64,000 nt of DNA from NCBI GenBank assembly GCA_963771465.1, contig CAVYTU010000014.1, forward strand, positions 192,001 to 256,000, read 5' to 3'. The translations under genes were made by a program, and so were the position numbers. This DNA is from an uncultured delta proteobacterium (GTDB lineage: Bacteria > Desulfobacterota > Binatia > UBA9968). A model generated the notes under the pieces. It was given only the letters and a program-made list of their open reading frames with translations. It was not told where the DNA came from and ran no database searches. The first letter of the stretch is position 1. Each line of letters begins with the position of its first letter. Shown here piece by piece: positions 59,399 through 64,000 of this stretch.

Positions 59399-61120
59399 AT
59401 GAAGATCGAAGCCAACGAATGGCAGAAAGTTCCAGGCACGAGCGCCGTCGAATTTTTCCCCATTATCACAAAACCCAGCATCGTCTCCTCAAATTGCTAT
59501 ATTTTTGCCGGGCCGAACGCCATTGTGATCATTGATCCCGGCGCGAGCAGCGAACAGACAAAACAGATCAGCCAGATTGTCAGTAAATCCTTGGCGGCTT
59601 CGTGGCGTCCGGTTTGGGTGTTTCTTACTCATTGTCATCAAGACCATTCCCAAGAAGCCGCCCGGTTCGAGCTGCCGGCGAACACTGAAATCAAGCGCTT
59701 TGCCCATTATGCAGGCGCTGATGCCATCGAGCGCGGCGATCGTAACCTGACCGTAGCGTATCTCTATCCGTGGCTGCCCGAGGTTTGCCGCGCGCGATTT
59801 GACTGCAAACTATTCAGCTCGGCGCAAAATTTGCCGCCCGCGCCGGCGAGCAAAGACTTGATAGAGCTTCATACCGAGCCGGTGATCATGCCAGACGGAA
59901 GCAAATGGGATCGGCAATGGCTGTCACTCGGCGCTAATGAGCGGATTGATATTTTTCACACTCCCGGTCATTCCGCGTGCAGCATTTCGTTGCAAGTAGG
60001 ATCCTTGCTGGTCGTCGGCGACCTGCCCTTTGCCGCCAACCCCGGATTGTGCGGTCTCGACGGTTGGAATCACAGCGATCTGATGGAAACCTTGTGCAGA
60101 GTTGAGTGGTTGCTGACTTCCGCCGGTATCACAGACTGTTGTCCGGGCCACGGCTATTGTATGCCCGGCGAAACCATGCGGGAAAAGCTCCAAGTGATGT
60201 CCGACGAAACGCGTGGGCTCGCTACGGTCGATTTGTTGAATGCTGATCGCATCGGCGATCTGAAAACCTATGTGGATGAGCTTCTCGATGAAACCGCGGC
60301 CTTGCTCATGATTTTGTCCGGCCGATTGTACACGGTCTCTTTCTACCTATCGCTGTTGGACGAAGAGGCGGCAGCCGCGCGCATCGTCACAGCGGTCAAT
60401 ATTGAGCAAATCGATCGCACGCTCTCTGAGTTTCGCCGGTTTGTTGAAGCATTCAATGAGAGTTCAGCGCCGGAGTTGACCGCAGTATTGAAAGGTGTCC
60501 AGGTCGCCCGCGCATTACAGCAAATTCTTGCCGACGAGCAGGTCACCCGGCTTTTAGGCTTGTCGCTGGTACGTCGCGCGCAGCGCCGCCTGGACGACTT
60601 CTTGAGCGCCGTGCGTGGTTTGCAGTTTCTCAACGCTGAAACGGCGGGCGACGTAAACGAGCTGATTGCCGGAATTGTACGACGCGAACAGTCTGTTCTA
60701 GAAGCGACAGGAGCAGATTTGTTCGCCGCGCTGGACGAAGAAGAATTGTTTATCGACACGCTCACCCGCCGGTTGGCGGCGCATTCGCCCGCGCGGGACA
60801 TTATCTTTGACTTCGTTCCGACCAGCGGCTCAACGCTTGCCAATATTGGGAGCGACCGCCTGGACGATATCATGACCGGCCTCATCGAAGGCATCGCGGG
60901 AATCGGCGTAAAAACCATTCAGATTGTGACCGACGTGATCACGAACCACGTAGTCATCCGCCTGTCGAGCCGTCAAGCAATCACTGCCGCGGACTTGGGA
61001 AGGCGCCGCCTCAATCTTTACAACAGAACGCTCGGCTGGCTCGGCGGCAAACTCGAGCGGCGCGAGCATGACGGCAACACGGAATTCATCATTCGGCTCC
61101 CGCTGCTAAACTTTGCCTAA
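59399..61120 (+). CDS. MBL-fold metallohydrolase fused to a helical region and a degenerate HATPase-like tail
   Basis: IDPG, THCHQDH, HTPGHS, GD, PGHG; tail DRLDDIMTGLIEG...LGWLGGKL....GNTEFIIRLP. Confidence 0.8.
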   Translation: MKIEANEWQKVPGTSAVEFFPIITKPSIVSSNCYIFAGPNAIVIIDPGASSEQTKQISQIVSKSLAASWRPVWVFLTHCHQDHSQEAARFELPANTEIKRFAHYAGADAIERGDRNLTVAYLYPWLPEVCRARFDCKLFSSAQNLPPAPASKDLIELHTEPVIMPDGSKWDRQWLSLGANERIDIFHTPGHSACSISLQVGSLLVVGDLPFAANPGLCGLDGWNHSDLMETLCRVEWLLTSAGITDCCPGHGYCMPGETMREKLQVMSDETRGLATVDLLNADRIGDLKTYVDELLDETAALLMILSGRLYTVSFYLSLLDEEAAAARIVTAVNIEQIDRTLSEFRRFVEAFNESSAPELTAVLKGVQVARALQQILADEQVTRLLGLSLVRRAQRRLDDFLSAVRGLQFLNAETAGDVNELIAGIVRREQSVLEATGADLFAALDEEELFIDTLTRRLAAHSPARDIIFDFVPTSGSTLANIGSDRLDDIMTGLIEGIAGIGVKTIQIVTDVITNHVVIRLSSRQAITAADLGRRRLNLYNRTLGWLGGKLERREHDGNTEFIIRLPLLNFA

Positions 61121-61175
61121 CGATCGTGCGACATGAGCCGGCTCACCGGCGCCTGATAACTGCGCGCTGGAGGTA

Positions 61176-61303
61176 GTGGCGTCGATTTTGAAGAATTTAT
61201 TTGCTGGAGCCTTTTGCTTTTTTTGCTTGTTAAGGAAATCGTCATCGGCATTTCGGCGGTATTCACCGGACCGTCCGATAGTTTTGGGGCGATTTCTGAC
61301 TGA
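61176..61303 (+). pseudogene. N-terminal remnant of a LivJ-type solute-binding protein
   Basis: GGAGG-GTG signal-peptide-like start, then in another frame KEIVIGISAVFTGPSDSFG before a stop. Confidence 0.5.
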
Positions 61304-61397
61304 AGAAAAAAAGACCTGGATTGTATCGGTCTAGCGTGGACGGTCGCTCTCGCGCCGAGTTGCATTTTTGATCATTGAGAGCCAATAGGAATTGTCG

Positions 61398-63827
61398 ATG
61401 GGAAGAATTCGAACTTTAAAGTCAAAGATCCTGCTCTTGGTTCTGCTTGTCCTGTTAACTGCCACCGTTTTTTTTATTGCCGTTTCCAAGTGGGAGTTTG
61501 AAGGCGCGCTTTACCAGCGCGAGCAAGAAGCTGCTAAAAATGACCTTCAGCTAGTCCTACAGGCAATTGAGGATCAGTATCAGGATCTCGTTTATCACAA
61601 CCGTACAGTCTTAGAGATGCGCAAAGAGGCCATGAAAGATATCTCCGGAGTCGTAATCTCAGCCATTGACGGCTTCTACGAGCGCTTTAGCAAAGGATTG
61701 TTATCTGAACATGAGGCAAAACAGCAGGCGTTGGAACGAGTGAGAACATTTCGCTATGGGCGCAATGATTATTTCTTCGTTTATGATAAAGACTACACTG
61801 CCATCTCCCATCCAGATCCAGTCTTTATGGGCAAAAAACTCAAGGGCTACAGAGACGCCAAAGGTCTCTTGGTCGTTCAGGAACTAATGAAGGCTTCACG
61901 AAAGCAAGGCGGTGGGTTTGTCCCTTATTCGTGGAAAAGGTTAAGGAACGAGGAACCAAGCACCAAGCTCGGGTATGCCATCTTTTATCCGAGATGGCAG
62001 TGGATGATTGGCACGGGACTTTATATCGACGATCTTGACGTGGAATATCAAAAAAAACTCAACGCAATCGCCGCGCAATTGAAAAGCAGCTTTTCGAAAA
62101 TCAAGGCGCAAAATGGTGCTTCTCTGTTTCTCTTTAACGGAAACAAAGAGCTGCTCATTCCTCCCATCGAGTCCGGTGATCACATACCTGATTTAGATGA
62201 GTTCATGGAGGCCTCCAGACGCCCCAATCAGCCCTTTCGCTATCGGCTGCAGTCGGCAGAAACAAGCCCCAATGAGGTCTGGAGTCAAGCCTACGTCGTT
62301 TATTTTGCGCCATTTGATTGGTACGTCGTAGGGGCGTTTGATGAAGCTAAGTTGGAGAAACCAGGCAAGATCCTGATGCAAAAGGCGATGGTGTTTACGG
62401 CAGTCGCTTTAATAATAGACCTTGCGCTTGCCTACATGATCGCGGTGAAAGTTTCCCGTCCACTTAGCCAACTGGCTGGCTATGCCAAAAATCTGCCCTC
62501 GCGGGAGTTCAGGTCAGCACCCGACCCCGCAGTCGAGGAACTCTCGAGAGGAGGTGACGAGATTGGGAGGTTGGCAGAGGCGTTTTTATTTATGCAGAAG
62601 ATGCTTCAGGAGTATCTTGATCACCTCAAAAAGACCACGGCAGCCAAAGAACGAATCGAGAGTGAGTTAAAGATTGCCCATGATATCCAAATGAGCATGG
62701 TGCCGAAAATCTTTCCCCCTTTCCCTGATCGGGACGAATTTGATCTCTATGCGACTCTGGTTCCGGCAAGAGAAGTTGGCGGGGATTTCTACGATTTTTT
62801 CTTTCTCGACAAAGATCGTTTGTGCCTGGCGATCGGCGATGTCTCCGGCAAGGGAGTGCCGGCCTCGCTTTTCATGGCCGTAGCGAAGACATTGTTCAAA
62901 GCGACGACCACCGCCAGCAACGATCATCCGGATAAGATCCTCAGTCGCTTGAACGACGAATTGTGCAAGGACAATACGACGTGCATGTTTGTCACTCTGT
63001 TCGGCGCGATCTTAGATATCCGCACAGGGCAGATGGAATATAGCAATGGCGGACACAACCTGCCTTACAAGCTATCGAACGGGCAATCTAAGCAGCTTGA
63101 AAACACCAAAGGGACTGTGGTGGGCGTTATGGAAGACGCGAGATTCGAAAAAAATGTGATCGCTGTCGAGCCGGGGGATTGGATTATATTTTACACTGAC
63201 GGGGTAACCGAGGCGATGAATAATCATGAAGAACTTTTTTCAGAGAGCCGTTTGGAGCAGTTTTTGTCATCGCTCGACCCCAGCATTTCCGCTCAGGAGC
63301 TTACCCAGCGATTGGTCAGTGAGGTAAGACAATTCTCTAGCACAATGGAACAGTCGGACGATATAACTATTGTTGCCATGCGATATCGGGGTATAGGAAA
63401 TCATGCCCAAAGCAAAGTGACTTTAGATCTGAAGAACGAACGATCAGAGCTTGCCAAGCTAAATAATACATTGACTGAGTTTGGCCAGAACCACCAACTT
63501 CCCGACGCAGTTTTGTTTGCTATAAAACTCGCCCTCGAAGAGATCGTCACGAATGCGATCTCCCACGGTTTCAAGGACCGACGGGAACACCGCATTACTG
63601 TCCGTCTCTCTTTGGAACAAAGCGCTCTACTTTCTGAGGTGGAAGACGACGGGCCGGCTTTCAACCCCCTCGAAATGCTTGCGCCCGATACCAAGCAGCC
63701 ATTAGAAGAAAGACCGGTTGGAGGTTTGGGCATCCATTTGGTGCGCACCCTCATGGATGAGGTCAGATATCGACGGCAAGATGGTAGGAACGTGCTCGTG
63801 CTAAAGAAAAAGATCACAGAACTCTAG
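61398..63827 (+). CDS. Membrane Cache-HAMP-SpoIIE(PP2C) phosphatase fused to an RsbW-like Ser kinase domain
   Basis: Two TM helices; Cache (DYFFVYD..HP..G..D..G..Y.W, WQWMIGTG.YIDD); HAMP (DEIGRLA); GGDFYD, GDVSGKG, YTDGVTE, SDDIT; then EEIVTNAISHG, DDG..F, GGLGIHLV. Confidence 0.92.
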   Translation: MGRIRTLKSKILLLVLLVLLTATVFFIAVSKWEFEGALYQREQEAAKNDLQLVLQAIEDQYQDLVYHNRTVLEMRKEAMKDISGVVISAIDGFYERFSKGLLSEHEAKQQALERVRTFRYGRNDYFFVYDKDYTAISHPDPVFMGKKLKGYRDAKGLLVVQELMKASRKQGGGFVPYSWKRLRNEEPSTKLGYAIFYPRWQWMIGTGLYIDDLDVEYQKKLNAIAAQLKSSFSKIKAQNGASLFLFNGNKELLIPPIESGDHIPDLDEFMEASRRPNQPFRYRLQSAETSPNEVWSQAYVVYFAPFDWYVVGAFDEAKLEKPGKILMQKAMVFTAVALIIDLALAYMIAVKVSRPLSQLAGYAKNLPSREFRSAPDPAVEELSRGGDEIGRLAEAFLFMQKMLQEYLDHLKKTTAAKERIESELKIAHDIQMSMVPKIFPPFPDRDEFDLYATLVPAREVGGDFYDFFFLDKDRLCLAIGDVSGKGVPASLFMAVAKTLFKATTTASNDHPDKILSRLNDELCKDNTTCMFVTLFGAILDIRTGQMEYSNGGHNLPYKLSNGQSKQLENTKGTVVGVMEDARFEKNVIAVEPGDWIIFYTDGVTEAMNNHEELFSESRLEQFLSSLDPSISAQELTQRLVSEVRQFSSTMEQSDDITIVAMRYRGIGNHAQSKVTLDLKNERSELAKLNNTLTEFGQNHQLPDAVLFAIKLALEEIVTNAISHGFKDRREHRITVRLSLEQSALLSEVEDDGPAFNPLEMLAPDTKQPLEERPVGGLGIHLVRTLMDEVRYRRQDGRNVLVLKKKITEL

Positions 63828-64000
63828 CAGCTAAATCGGGCGCTCTGAAAGGGATAGCTATGCAAGGTCGAACAGACAACATCGGGAGTCTTCAGACCGT
63901 AAATTCGGAACGCACTTTTCCAGCTCTGCTCTGCCTTACCCCGCAGCGTTTAGCTTGGAATAGTTTTCAAGCAACCGATTTATCACCAGCTTGAGCAAAT

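Overview
Bacterial chromosomal window. The many paralogous solute-binding proteins and Rieske oxygenases resemble Candidatus Binatia/Binatota MAGs (taxonomy is inference only). Left to right: an ABC/Rieske-oxygenase cluster; a selenocysteine operon selA-selB-selD, where selD has an in-frame UGA and a SECIS-like hairpin; a glycogen operon (malQ-glgB-glgA-glgC-GH57); an unannotated ~250-nt highly base-paired element; an aromatic-carboxylate catabolic cluster; a 22-aa-repeat protein; an ECF-sigma-led alkylation-repair operon; and a hidden second selenoprotein candidate (DedA-rhodanese, YCS-U-PNE) heading a redox operon. From ~45 kb the region is accessory and decaying: two tRNA-Phe-derived att junctions with integrase-arm-like repeats, integron-like attC/attI remnants, HNH and TIR genes, an amino-sugar surface-glycosylation cluster, and a STAS / MBL-fold / Cache-PP2C-kinase partner-switching module. 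Many single-base indels in short homopolymers look like assembly errors. All calls come from motif reading by eye; no database search was run.
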